A stretch of DNA of 64,000 bases. It comes from Dudresnaya verticillata (Eukaryota). The stretch lies in contig OZ374559.1 in assembly GCA_977862235.1 (NCBI GenBank), forward strand, positions 1,612,001 through 1,676,000. Reading direction: 5' to 3'. This document shows, piece by piece, positions 11,901 through 24,616 of this stretch (position 1 is the first letter of the stretch; the number at the start of each line of letters is the position of its first letter). Under the pieces are notes generated by a model, which saw only the letters and a program-made list of their open reading frames with translations, made no database searches and had not been told where the DNA came from. Both the position numbers and the translations under genes were made by a program.

Positions 11901-14172
11901 TCGTGCAATTAGGCATCTCATGCTTCAAGCGTAGGTATGTGCCACGAATCACCTTGTGCTTGGACTCAATTACATTCTTATTATGCCTCCGTGGAGGCAT
12001 TGGTCGTGCCTCAATGTCATTGTTCTTCCGATATGCTGCAAATGCAGCGTTTTTGAATGCAGAGTCATATAAAATAGCCGAAGGGACCCAGAACTGAGAA
12101 TTCCACCGAGTTTCAAGGACCAGGATTGCTCAATTCATAGAGGTATCTGACACAACATCACCGTCGGAGTAACGTGTCACAGAATCCCTCACGTGAAACA
12201 CCCTAAGATCCTCAAGGTGTAAATGGTCGATCCAAACGACCTCATTGAACGCACGGCTAATAGTATTTACTGAGACTTTGCGAGTGGCGGCAGATTTGGA
12301 TGTCGTTTCACAGCTTGGGTATTTTTCTATAATGCGACGGAGATATTTCTGAGCTTCACCACCCCAAAGCCCGTTTCGTTCGAGCAATATCTTAATATCT
12401 GAGTAATTCGAGTGTCCACAAACATGGGCGTGAACCTTGTCGATCACTTTCTTAATCTCATTCCAAGGCCGATTGGCGTTAGAGTCTGATACCGTAGCAG
12501 TGGCACAAAATATCTTGCTTGTCATTGACGGTGAACAGTACAGGTCTCTATGGACAAAGATGTTGCATGGCATGTGACTGTGAAAGTTAGCATCAATCAG
12601 GGAGATTGAATCCAGGGAATCGGGGAGTACAATCTTGTTTTTTCTCCTATGTAAAATATCACAGTACTTGGTCATGTTACGACCAACAACCCATTGCCAT
12701 GAGCCTTCGATTATAAGATGTCGTATGAAAGCAGTTCCCTTCCGGTCAGTACTGGCCTTCAGGATAACAGATCCGAGTATCTTTCTTGAGTCACTGGAGT
12801 GTTGACCAGTACCGTACTGCTAGAACGGAAACGGTTGTATCTCTTCAGGTATTGGTAGCAGGTTTCGATCCCATGCCGGAACAATCATAGGCTGCAAGAG
12901 AAGGAACTCTTCCATCCCCATACCGCTGTATGGTGCCCCGTTATCCAGTATTGGGCCAACAAATTCTGTCTCAAGGGAACAACGGTCGGAACACTGTACC
13001 ATATTGAACCGAATAGTCTTTTTCTTTGGTGATCCGGATGATGATTGTGAAACACTAACAGCTTCAGGTGAAGATTTGACCCAGGCTTAAGAGAACCATC
13101 TGAGTTATGTTCTGTCTGCCAATGGCCATATTTGTGGCACTGACGACATTTAGATCGTGATTTTAGGTCAGCAAGTTGCTCAGGAGTGAGGCTTGGTTTC
13201 CCTTTCCCATGCTTCTTATGAGAGTTGGACCCAAATGAACCTTTCGTAGAACTTAGATCTGAAATTGTAGTGTTAGGAGAGCCAACATCATGAGCTTTCG
13301 TCTGCTCACACTGGCGCAACACGGAAGTAACAAATTCATAAGAAACTGAATCAAGGAACTGGTGTGTTGTAGAATCGGAAGATACTGAACCATTGGAAGG
13401 AGATGCAGCAGCGAGTACAGAGACTTTTTGGCTCGCATCTATTGCCGAATTGGCAAGCAACATGAACGCGGTTAACGCATCCAGTAACCTCGTATTTGAT
13501 GAATTGTAATTGAATTTAGATACTTGCGCATGAAAGCGAGATTGAAAGTTATTAAACGTCTCCATTGAACCACGCTTGGTATTTAGAATTGATATAAAAT
13601 CATGGTAGACCTCAATCACTACTGTGAGTGCGTAACGCTTGTAGATGGCCTTGACAATGGCATCCGATCCGAATCAGATTGTATCGTAGCATCTGGAATT
13701 GATTTGATTTTGAGATCTCGAGCTCTGCTATAAAGCTGGGATTGTAACATCATCCCGCGGAGACCAAAAGGTATCTTGATGGAGTTAGACTCCGGTAACT
13801 TATCATGGAAGGCATTACATAGAGAAACAGAAATACGGTACTCTTCTTGGATGCCTTTTCCGTCAGTCCAGGGCACATTCTTAACGTCCCAGGAAAAACG
13901 AAGGCGGGTAGGCTGAGAAGCCATACCGGGCGTTGCCCCCATAACTAAGAGAAGAACGATAAACCAGTAGATAGTTTTCAGCAAATGGCGGTGGAGTTCT
14001 TGAAACGTCTGCGGTTATCAATCTATGTGACAGGTTGTGACAAGTACTTATAGCAAACTAGAACAACCAAAAGGTTTTCGTAGCGACCGGTAAATAATGG
14101 GATCACTAGTCAATGTGATTCATTATCACACAATATGAATAAAACCGTTCATGACAGATTCAAAGATCCATA
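8983..14172 (-). mobile_element. Copia-order LTR retrotransposon, degenerate, 3' LTR truncated
   Basis: 5' LTR 14172-14024; gag with Zn knuckle CRQCHKYGHW; protease ILDNGAP; integrase (HAHVCGH, VWIDH); RT (KARIAPHG, IVDD); RNase H (FSDAS, AAEILA, VDSK) in INT-RT-RH order; PPT agagagagatgag then a 20-bp LTR stub at 9002-8983. Multiple stops and frameshifts. Confidence 0.9.
10458..10889. mobile_element. 432-bp non-autonomous insertion flanked by TTAA
   Basis: Removing it and one TTAA restores the Copia frame YKV-KSNDDG; TTAA at 10454-10457 and 10890-10893; no TIRs; GC hairpin at one end. Truncated mirror at 8560-8982. Confidence 0.8.
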
Positions 14173-15321
14173 GGACTAGGAATAGGGAGCTACTCCGACC
14201 GTCCCACAGAGGATCTAAGATTATCGACGATAACTGTAGTGATACTGTACGCGAACACTATCGCCACTTCGGATACAGCCATCGGATCGTGTGATGGACT
14301 AAGAAGTGGAAGAGGATCAATATAGTACAGTAGCTAAGACTGCGTAGTATAAGAACGCTAATGCCTGCTGCTCACTGACGTTCTGTGGCAAACTCCGTCC
14401 TTTCTCGCACCCACCCACTCGTTTACACTTAAGCTTTCATGACACAAGTTTCCGTACTTTCTGAAGCCAGTTGGCGCCCCCTTTAAGCCATACCAAACTG
14501 CTACTAACGAGCATTACCCATTTCTGGAAGAAGTGCGGCTTTGACAATAGAGGCAACATTTCCTTTTCATCCTTATGTGATTACTTGGGGCTCCTGCTCA
14601 GTTGCTAATAAGGGGTTCTCTCTCTGTCTGGAGGAAGCCAGCGTTCTATTGTTTCGTTACGTCTTCTCAACTTTATTCGGAGTTCGCTGCTTCTACACAT
14701 CTGGAGCTATTGGGGCTGACTATTCTCCCATAATATTTTCACAATCAGGACAGCCACGACAATCAGGACTAATGTGATGTCCCAACTGTACTAATAGGAC
14801 TTACATCAATAACAAGGAGCTCTAGAACAATCCCCAGTCAGAGCTAAATAGTTTACCATGTTCGTCCAGAAAGAGACGTCAGGCAGCTTCTGATGAATGA
14901 AGTGCTTAGATGCCAAAAGTCACAACGTGCGCCTCATAAAACCTGGAACAGCAGTAGATCGGAACAGTAGAGCTAGCAGTACGGCGGTACACGCAAGCCT
15001 GTCCAGTGCCGCAGTTGATAAGGCGCTCGTAGTAGAAGTCCATTCCAGTGAAGGATCCCTTCCACAGAGCAGCGTGGTTAAACTGTCCATCCCCGGCCAC
15101 AGTCTTGTAGCTGCACGAGCCACGGTAGCCTGCAAGGAGCTCCATGGAGCGGGTCCTGATAGTTGTGAGGTAGGAAACTGGAGTTTTACCCTCGCATAGA
15201 ATGAAGGCACCGCTGTAGGGACTGCCTGGAACCTTCTCAGATGTGTCGAGTTTGGCCATCTTGGAGTCATGGCCCAGAACTGTGTCCGTCGCCTTGCTTG
15301 CCTTCACATCTCCCTTGAGCT
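10467..15321. repeat. Palindrome 1, right arm
   Basis: Mirror of 4128-8982; 1484-bp spacer at 8983-10466. Confidence 0.95.
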
Positions 15322-15520
15322 CATCTCCCTTGAGCTCAATACCGGCCTCCAGAGTATTATCAGTATGCAGTTCGATGTCTCTCTTGCTTTCATTGATGAC
15401 TGTGTCAGATTTGGCTTTGTTCTTGACATCTTCCTTGAGGTCAACCTTTGCACAATGAGCCAGACTGGCGAACAACAAAACGGTTGCAGAGAGAATAAGA
15501 ATGGTTCTGAAGGTCTTCAT
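14906..15520 (-). CDS. Secreted Cys-rich prepro-protein, copy 2 (long type, 204 aa, extra ELKGD)
   Basis: Intact ORF; C-terminal domain identical to copy 1; in-frame 15-bp duplication in the pro-region. Confidence 0.9.
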   Translation of the reverse strand: MKTFRTILILSATVLLFASLAHCAKVDLKEDVKNKAKSDTVINESKRDIELHTDNTLEAGIELKGDELKGDVKASKATDTVLGHDSKMAKLDTSEKVPGSPYSGAFILCEGKTPVSYLTTIRTRSMELLAGYRGSCSYKTVAGDGQFNHAALWKGSFTGMDFYYERLINCGTGQACVYRRTASSTVPIYCCSRFYEAHVVTFGI

Positions 15521-15627
15521 ATTTGATGCAGATGAATGGTTTGTAAAGGGAGTGAGCCGGGTTGAATGGTTTCCTGTGTGTACTGTCGGGCTTATCGAAG
15601 AAACTAGTCAGGCAGAATGAACCGTTC

Positions 15628-15634
15628 CTATATA
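15628..15634 (-). promoter_or_regulatory. Putative TATA box of copy 2 (TATATAG)
   Basis: About 110 bp upstream of the ATG in homologous context. Confidence 0.55.
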
Positions 15635-16805
15635 GTGCCTTTAGTTGGGCTGCGTTGCTCTGCAACGTATGTTGTTGTGGATAGCCATGTAGTTCTGCCG
15701 AAAGCTGCAGAGCAGGCTTTCTGGGTTAGAGGAGAAAATAGAATCCGCGAATGGGTACTTTTTGCTCTACCAGAAACAAACACACTGGCATATTGCTTGC
15801 CGCTTTGTTGTATCATTCCACAATGCGTGACTTAGCTTCTTTACCATACATCTAGGGATCTATCCAATTTTATTAAAGGTCTAGCACCAACACATGAAGC
15901 AAGTTCATGGTGCTGCATTGAAAACTCGAACGATCCGGGAGATAGTATGTTTCTGTAATATGTTAAAGTGAGTGCTATCCGTGGCAAACTTTCTGCTCTT
16001 CAAAGTGCTTTCCAAGTCCCCCTTTGGCGTTTACTCATTTAGAATGTCCGTAAATATCTTCCCCGTAGTGTAATGCTACTTATGGTCCTCTCCCCGTAAA
16101 TGTCTAAAACGCGAGCTTCTTGAAACTTGGTGCTCTATCTTCTGTGATTAAGTTCCTTGCTTGCTCTTTAGGTGTTTGTTTTATCCAGTAATCACTGTTT
16201 TCATTACAACACGTGTTGTCAATCTCCATTCGAGAAAGTATGAAATCTATCTTTACCAGATGAGCCACTAGCTGGATCTTGCTATGCCAGCTGGAGGCTG
16301 CTTTACGAATCACCCTAGAGCTTTTCAGTTGGATTGTTCGGCTAATGAAAAAATGGTATAGAGGAAAACCCCTGAAGCGTTGGAACAGTTGCACCAGGCA
16401 TCCGCTGCAAATATATCGAGTACTCATGTACTGCCATTTCAAGCCGCATTGTTGCATATGATCTATAATAACGTTTGGAAAAACGTTAGTGTACAACAGG
16501 GAGATGAGAGATACTCGCCAGATACAAAAATGGACAGCCTTACGCTGAAGATGGCTTGAGCCAGCAGGTTGCCTTCTTAGCACAGGGAGCGCGGAAATAA
16601 AACAAGAGAGGCCTTGTAAGATTTTCATGCCCGGTTGGAATTGTGTTACAATCCGTTCAGAAGAGTGAGCGCCTTCACATTTGCTACGTGCAGCTCTATG
16701 CCGAGACGAAGCGCAGCTTGTGGTGAGGCTTTGTGTACAGAAAATTGAAGCAATCTTGTCTGAACCGCCGGCTTTCGGCCAGTCGGAGAACGTCTATGGT
16801 GGGTT

Positions 16806-19800
16806 TGTGGCAGATCCCTAGCCGTGGTCTAACCTGGGAACTGTGCGTGGGAGAAACTGATGTCTTCCTCCTTTATTGTAGGAGAGGGCCATACCCGATG
16901 GCTTAAGTACCGTAGAATAAGCGGTGCGATGCTGGGCTGCACCCGGTCGATGGTGACCGGCTGTTCGTGTGCTACATGTGTATGCTGTCCGCGTGGATTC
17001 TAAATGTCAACTACCAGAACTCTCTAGGCCATATCGCTAGTGGCCTACAAACTCTCTGGGCCATATCGCTAGTGGCCTACACTCCTCTCTCCTCGAGGAG
17101 ACGCTAGGACAACGTGCGTCTCGCACGATCGACTTTGCGCTGATCGGGGTATCCCTCAAGAAACGTTTCCAACATTTCTGGAATATCTTCATGCATAGTT
17201 CTTATGGGCTCCCATGTAGGCTCTTCATGGTCAAAACCTCGCCACTTTGCCTCCACCATCCACATGCGTGTCGACCTGTCATACTGTAGGTCTAGTATTT
17301 TTGTGACCGTGTTATAGTGCGGGGCATTATGGTCGATTGTATCCAGTAGTTCTTGTGTTGTTTCTAACTGTGAGTCAGAATAAAACTTGAGTCGGTTTGC
17401 GTGCACCAGCGAACGCTTTTCGTTGATGAGATCTTCAACCTCATAAACCCACTCTGAGTCCGTGCGTGTAATACGTTGGGGTCCTAGCCATTGCATTCGT
17501 AACTTGTGGCCGTCGTTAGTTATACGTTTGGCTACTAGAACATAATCCCCGACAGTAAAGTTGACATTCTGAATTCCTGTCTTCGCATTATGTGCCTTGA
17601 CAGCAGCGTCACGGCGTGCACTTCGTCGCTCGGACACATCCTTATGAATCTGTCCTAGTGCACTCAGGAGCTCCTCGGTATTGATTATCTGCCTAGCCCT
17701 TACTTCCTCAAGCGTCTTCGGATCTGCTGAGCTTGAGGGTATTATGAGGCGTAGAGGGTTGTCGGCCGGGAGGCCTGTGAAAACGGTGATAGGTGCACGG
17801 TTGCCGAGGGCCCTCCTTGTACTGTGATTCAGAACCGATTGAATTATGGGCAGAACTTGCGGCCATTCTGTTTCCTTCATGCGGAATTCTGACAGAAGCG
17901 CTCTGCAGCACCTTAAAACTTCTCTGCATACTCTTTCGACTGTTCCATTTGCCTGAGGAGTGTTTGGAGCCGTAAAGTGATGATGGGAGTGTAGCGTTTT
18001 GTTAACAGAGTCCATAAGCTTGTTCTTGAAATGGCTTCCTCTATCAGAGACCCACACTGGGACTACGCCAAATGCTGCGAACCAGCTCAGAAGTGATGAG
18101 GATGCCGCTGCAGCCGTAGTTTCTCTTGCTGGTTGTAGCCAAGTGTATGTCGATGCATCGTCTTTCATATTCATTACATACTCTTCTCCAGTGTCACTGC
18201 TACCCATAAAGAGGAAATCGAAATGAAGAACCTCGTTGGGCTTGTCTGCATGTAGTGCATGACCCAGAGGACGTGGGGTTCTTTGTCCTCCAATTGTGGA
18301 TACGCAATGAAGATAGGACTTACAAAAGACACTGATATCATCAGACATATTATCCCAAAATTCATACCGTTTGATATTGGAAATAGTGGCGTCGGTGCCG
18401 CGGTGTCCTGCTCTACCGCAGTGTCCCACGACACAAATGCGTAGTTGCAGTTGTGTATCGCTCTCTGGGATCCATACTGCTCCATTCGCGTTCGTAATCA
18501 AACCATTCGTCAGTGTTCCTCTGACCTTTGCTCTCTCTTCGGATGTTGCGCGCCCTTGCGAGTTTGAAATATCGCCAGGGGATGGCCATTGCAGATCTGG
18601 ATCGTACTCGGGGGCTACGGGGGCAGTAAACAACGCGGAAATTCTCATGTGCTCCAGCTCGTTTTGGCTGTGCTGTTGCTGTGGGGCTGCCCATCTTGAT
18701 AGAAGGTCTGCCCAGCAGTTTTGCTCACCACTTATGTGTACAATGGTATAGTTAAACATTGAAAGCGTGAGTCCCCATCTCTGTACCTTATTGAAAATTG
18801 TCTTGTTCATGCGTACGTTCGAACGTTCGGGGTGATACAGGAAGACGAGATTGCTGTGGTCGGTGAAGAGGTGAAAACCTTTAGGGCGCAGTAGTAAATA
18901 ATCCAGACGCTCGCAGCTCTTCACGATTGCGAATGCCTCCTTCTCTGGGGTCGACCATCGAAGGCTTGCTCCTTTGAAGGACCCTGAAATAAAAGCTAGC
19001 GGTTCATGCGCTTGTTCCTCAAAAGACAAGTCCAGGTGCTCATTAGGTATCTGTGTAAGCAATCCTGACCAGTGCAAATCACTTGCATCAGTGAAAAGAC
19101 AGAACGTCCTATCCGGGTCCGGGTGCGTAATGGTTACGGCATTCATCAAGGCTTTCTTTGAGCTGAAGAAGGCTTTCTTGTGGTCCTCGCCCCAACCTAC
19201 ATCAGATAGGTTCACTTTTCCGGCTTTTTGCCTTGTTCGTCCTCCAGCTTTGACGTATACATCCTCCAATAAAAGAGATAGCGGAGCTGTTAAGGTCGTA
19301 AACTCCGGAATGGCAGAGCGCATCCAGTTCGCTGCGCAGAGAAACTGTTGCAGCTCGGACCCTTTCTGTGGCTCTTGCATGTTCAGGAGGGCTTCTAATC
19401 TAGATGGGTCCATTCTAACCCCTTGAGCGCTTATAAGTCTGCCGCACCAGCGAACTGTCGTTAGGAACAACTTGCATTTCGCTGCATGCAACTTCAAACC
19501 ATGTGTTTGGCATATATCAAAGAACTGTTCCAGGCTATTCAATAGGTCAGCTGCGTTAGCAGCATGAAATAGCATATCATCTAGCCATAACAGGAACTTC
19601 TCCTCAAGAACCCTGGTCATCGCTTGAATGGAGCTTTGGCAGTATGCAACTGCGTTTCGCTGCCCATGCATAACTCTCGTTGGGCTGAATACTCCGCCGG
19701 GAGTGATGAAGCTCTGACACTCTTGGGATGATTCATCGAGCGGCAGTTGCCAGTATCCTTGACAGAGGTCAATAGTGGCGAAGAACCTCCGCCCAGTCAG

Positions 19801-22158
19801 TCTATTGAAGATTCTATGTCGGGCATTGGCCAGATATGCGGCAATGTGACCTTGTTAACGGGCCTGAGATCCACCGTGAAGCGAAATTCCTCCGGTCCCT
19901 TCTTTGGCACGATGAGAGGCGCGCAAGCCCAGGCACTTTGCGCATTACGTTTCACCAATCCCAGGCTTTCTAACTCCTGGACTTTCTTGTGAAGAAAGTC
20001 TTCTTGGGGCTTAGTGTACCTACGTACCTTGGCGTGTACTGGTTTCGCGTCAGGGAGGAGGCGAATATGCATTGCCGGGATGTCAACTGGGGGATCTGCT
20101 CCCAGTTTAACCCTTAATATATCGGCGTATGTGTCAAGTATCACTTTCAGACGTTCAAAGTCATCGGTGGATAAACCGTTATCCTTCGCCTCCTGTAACA
20201 TCGCAGGCAAATGTGGCGTCACCTCCTCAGGGACATGTGTTCCCACCACGAGCTCTGCCATATCCTCGTTGATGTGTTCATGTTCAGTGCTGACTTCTCC
20301 AGAATCAGAATCTAGGTATCCAACAGATTTGTCAAACTCCATGGATGCTGTCATCAGCCTGGTGAGCCGACGACTTTTTTGGTTCATGCTTACCAGGTCC
20401 AATGGCTCAAAGTTGATATTTGAAAAGTCCTGGTTATGGTACTGTGACCGTACGCGAGCCAGATGTGCATCTAAGTCAAAGCCAAGGGAGATGAGAAGGG
20501 GACGCGATAGTAGTACCTCTACCATTTGTTCACGTAGAACCATAAACTCGACGTTGCGCATGCGCATCGGCCCTTCCGGGAGCTGTGAGGTAATGGAAAG
20601 GCGTGCTTTCTTGGTAGCAGTAGCATGCAAGCGCTCGCCTGAATCTTCAACAGCCAGGTCCATGACGATTGGTTCTCTCAAAGGAAGGATGGATACAAAT
20701 ACATTTCTGCTGGCCAACTGATCAAGGTTACCTTCGCTTAAGACTGCATGGTCTGCACCATAGTCACCGCATACTGTAACTGGGACAATATCGGCCAGCT
20801 TTCCATGTATGCGACCATCACGGCGTTGAAAACCTGTCCCGATATCTCTTTCATTGGCCTGTACCCGTTTAACGCCGCCGGCCCTTTTTTCATCCTTCTG
20901 TAGTTTGTCTCTATACTCCTGAACAAGCTTCTTCGCCTCATCAACAGAGGTCTCCGGGCAATCACGCATAAAATGTTTCTTTCCGGGGCACGTTTTTTGT
21001 TTAAACAAACAGGTGGCTCGCGTATGGTTCCTGGCCCTGCATTTTCCTTACCCGTCTTCGTTTTGGATTCCATTTTGGAACGATGTTTGGAGCCTTTACC
21101 AAAGTCTGAATCTGAAATGGGCTCATCTGTAGTCTTGTTTCTATTTGGCTTACCGCCGCACGCTGAAGACCCTTCTCGTTCCTTCTTGTCATTTTTGGAA
21201 GGCAAACTCTCCCTCTGCCCGGACGTCTTCTCAATAGCAGGTAAGAATTCATCTAAGGTAACTGTCTTCTCCATTACATGTTGATAAAACTTATACCAAT
21301 CCTTTCCTAATGAGGCTTTGTGTAGAACGATATCGTTTTCAATTTTTTGCTTTAGCGCTGCTGGTGTCACTGCGCTGACAATGTGGCCAATTGCCACTTT
21401 TGAGTTCTCCTCGATGAGCTTGTCCAGCTTCTTTTCTGATAGAAGCATTACGTAGTCTGTGAACAAATTCATCGCTCGAAGTTTGGGGCAGGGCTCCTTC
21501 ACTTTCATCAATAACTTCTTTTTCACAATAGAATCAAGTTCTTCGAGACTGCAGGTGTCCAGCACTTGCTCATCTTGCTGGTAGAGCCATGCTTTCAGTG
21601 TTTCTTCAGTTAGTTGGCAGACGTCATCAACATCTTTGAATGTTTTAAGTGCCACTAGAGCCTTTAGAAGCTCAAACTTGACTGAAGCCACGAGCGTTAC
21701 TGGCTGGTATGCGCTTCCCTGCATCCTAGCGCCTTCTGTTAAGCGCATGTAGCGCTCTCGCTCTCGTAGAAAAGTGTGTATAGCCTTGCACCCAAGCGAT
21801 TTTAGCTCGGGGTGCTGTGTCGGCACAAACAGAGGCGGCCCATCTGTGCGCTCGCCTGTGTTCGGCATTGCGATTCACGCCTTACGCACTAAGCGTAGTG
21901 ATCACTGTAGCAGATCCCTAGCCGTGGTCTAACCTGGGAACTGTGCGTGGGAGAAACTGATGTCTTCCTCCTTTATTGTAGGAGAGGGCCATACCCGATG
22001 GCTTAAGTACCGTAGAATAAGCGGTGCGATGCTGGGCTGCACCCGGTCGATGGTGACCGGCTGTTCGTGTGCTACATGTGTATGCTGTCCGCGTGGATTC
22101 TAAATGTCAACTACCAGAACTCTCTAGGCCATATCGCTAGTGGCCTACAAACTCTCTG
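16806..22158 (-). mobile_element. Gypsy (chromovirus-type) LTR retrotransposon
   Basis: LTRs 16806-17081 (TG..CA) and 21906-22158 (outer end clipped), offset 5100; PPT next to 17081; gag, protease DYGAD, RT WLDD, RNase H (TDAS), integrase (HFDF, SDRG, ERVCRE) and C-terminal chromodomain (KWRGF..TWEP). Confidence 0.95.
17104..21868 (-). pseudogene. Gypsy gag-pol with two frameshifts
   Basis: Frameshift in an A-run near 20995 splits the CCHC knuckle (CLNKK/TCPGKKHFMRDC); second frameshift near 19800 before LTGRRFFATIDLCQGYWQ. Confidence 0.85.
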
Positions 22159-22234
22159 TCTCTGTATGCTAGCTCTGATTCCTAAGCCCTGTCAAGGGGC
22201 TTCTCTCTTGCCCTTCAATAAAGGTCCCTCTCTC
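22159..22234 (+). mobile_element. 3' remnant of short CRE-like insertion D
   Basis: Homologous to 35700-35775; 5' part removed by the deletion that also clips the Gypsy LTR. Confidence 0.7.
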
Positions 22235-22483
22235 TTTAATAGAGCAGAAGCATTGTCATGCGCTCCCCTTCCTCGAGCAACTTCTAAAGCAGTAAATGTC
22301 CTACTGCCTCTTCTATGTACAATGGATCGAGATAGATTGAGCATTGTTGTATTACAACAATACATTGCTGAGCACTTTACGGAACAAGAAATAGAGCCAA
22401 AACCGCATGCGCGGAATACGTGGGATGAACGTCGTAGAAGGGCAACTCCCTGCGCTAAACTTCAATAGCTACATCTTATGATA

Positions 22484-24616
22484 CAGTAGATCCGCGATAA
22501 TTGCATACCGACGGTTGCCGGGACGCCTATGCAATAGGCGGTCATATTCAACTATTGGGACTGTAAGTTGCATTGCTGTATCAATCAAAAAGACGTTTAC
22601 TCATAGACTGTGCCGAATACCCATACCTACGAGAAGAACGTATCCAGCGTCGTTTGGGTTGCCGCGCACGCCTTCTGGCGTGGCAAAGCGGCCTGCAAAC
22701 GCTTCATGGCGCGCATCCCCGCCCCGCAATGCTCCGGATTCGCGTCTAGAACTTGCTTCACGGTAACAACGGCTTTAAGTTGATCACCAATGGAGGGCAA
22801 GCTAATTGATGGCTCGCATTGCTCATCATCAGCTTCACTGCCTTCATCGGGGTAACCCAGCAGCACGCTCTCAATAACGCCCTGTGTCAGCACATCCTCA
22901 GAAAATTCCTCAGTGTGCGCAACACAATCTTCCGCATTTAGAATGCTTGACAATGCCATACGCCTCTCTGGCGTAGCAAGGCGCCTGATGACATTCGATA
23001 AACCCTCCCTTTCCCTAGAAACAAATTCGTCTGGCGAAGCGGAATCTAACGAGCGATGTGGGCCACCATGTGCAATTGGATCCATCAATCCCGTATGGTC
23101 GAAGCAATTGCTGATGATTTCAGCGGGAAATGTCCTCCAAACGTCCTTCAACCAGCGCATTGCAGTCAACTGGTCTATGTTGTAGATGTTGTCGACGTCG
23201 ACCTCCGCGAAATCCAAAGCACGATCATACTGTTTACGCCGGTAGCGCAACTTAACAGCAGGAATTATTCCAGCATCCATGGGCTGTAGCCTCGCGGTAG
23301 TGTTAGGAGGTAAGAACAAGACTTCAACATTGGCCAACGAAGGAAGCGTTTCAACCCTGCCATGCGCGCTACAGTTGTCCAGAAGGAGCACAGCTTTCCG
23401 TCCCGGTACGCGGCTAATGTATTCGTCAAACTCCAGAAGCTAAGGAAAAAAGATTGCAGAGGTCACCCAAGCCTTCTTGTTTGCATCATAGTCGAAACCC
23501 AATTCCTTGCCGGACTTCTTATTGAACGCGCGGGGTCTGTACGCCTTGCCGATTATCTTTAGCTCCAGTCGTTCGTTGCCTACAGCATTGGCACATGGCA
23601 TGAATGTCAGCCTCGTTTTATCTTTCTTCCGACCCAACATTTGTTCCCTTGCAATTGTCTTATCGGGGGCCATTCGATAATACAGTCCTGACTCGTCTGC
23701 GTTAAAAATATCGCGACGATTGTACCGCTTTAGCTTTTCCTTGATGGCCGGTAGCTGGAGATCAACTGCATTTTGATCAACGTCCCCGCCCTCGCCATGC
23801 GATCTGTGGCACCTCAGCCCCCACCGCCGTTGGAACCTTGTGAGCCAACCCGAGGAGAATTTTAGCTCCACCCTGCGGTCTGCAGGCACCGCGTTGTTGG
23901 CATTCCGAAGCATGCGCTCACCGACCAGGCGAATAAGTGGACCATTTACAACTCGACGTGCATGGTACTGTGCTGTGATCCATCCAAAAAGTGCTTCTTC
24001 AATACGACCAATTTTTCCTGTAGACATACGTTTGTAAATCCTGCCGTTGAGCCGTGAATGTCGAGACGGTGTCTTGAGGATGCGCGATATAGTTGGCTGA
24101 CTTGGTGCCTTATGGAGGTCGAACTTTTCCTTCGCCCACTGGCACATATCATGCTGGGAAAAGGTTTTGTTTTCAGCTTGACGGCGGGAAGCTTCCTGGC
24201 AAACTGCGAACTTCTGCGCGATAGTCAATCCCACGTTGCGCATTGTGTGTGTGTTCTTCGTTCGTCTAGTGCGGCCTGGGGTGCAGGGGCCTGTTGTGAG
24301 CAGTGCTGCCTGATGCCCGCTGTTTTAAATGGGTTGCGATTTGGCGGGCGATTAACCAGCCTGAAAAGCGCGCGGTTTGTCGTCAGTTAGAAGTCTGCAA
24401 CACTGCAGCGCGCCATGCAGGGCATAGCCCTCATTGATCCCTCTGCCTGGCTCATTCTGGACTACCTGCGATCGAGAATGAGCCATGCAAATAGCGAGTT
24501 TGAATAGAGGCTGATTTTTGGTTAAAAGTTGAAGGCTCCCGTGGTGGGAGACGGATCTATCATGCAAATACCGGAATTATACAATTATCGAGTATTCAAT
24601 TATCGCGGATCGACTG
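22484..24616 (-). mobile_element. pogo/Tigger (Tc1-mariner superfamily) DNA transposon
   Basis: 25-bp TIRs CAGT(A/C)GATCCGCGATAATTG(C/A)ATAC; TA duplication at 22482-22483 and 24617-24618; empty paralogous site at 37461-37462. Confidence 0.95.
22627..24243 (-). pseudogene. pogo transposase (CENP-B-type HTH + DDE) with one in-frame stop
   Basis: Motifs FSSGWL.RF, FNADESGL, LLLDNCSAH, LQPMDAGII; single TAG at 23440-23442 joins the two ORFs in frame. Confidence 0.9.

Noticed and set aside
23440..23442. Recurrent inferred TGG>TAG stops (also 6627 and 56872) as RIP-like or editing signal
   Set aside because: Too few cases, and this is a common single-transition nonsense change; needs a consensus-based mutation spectrum.
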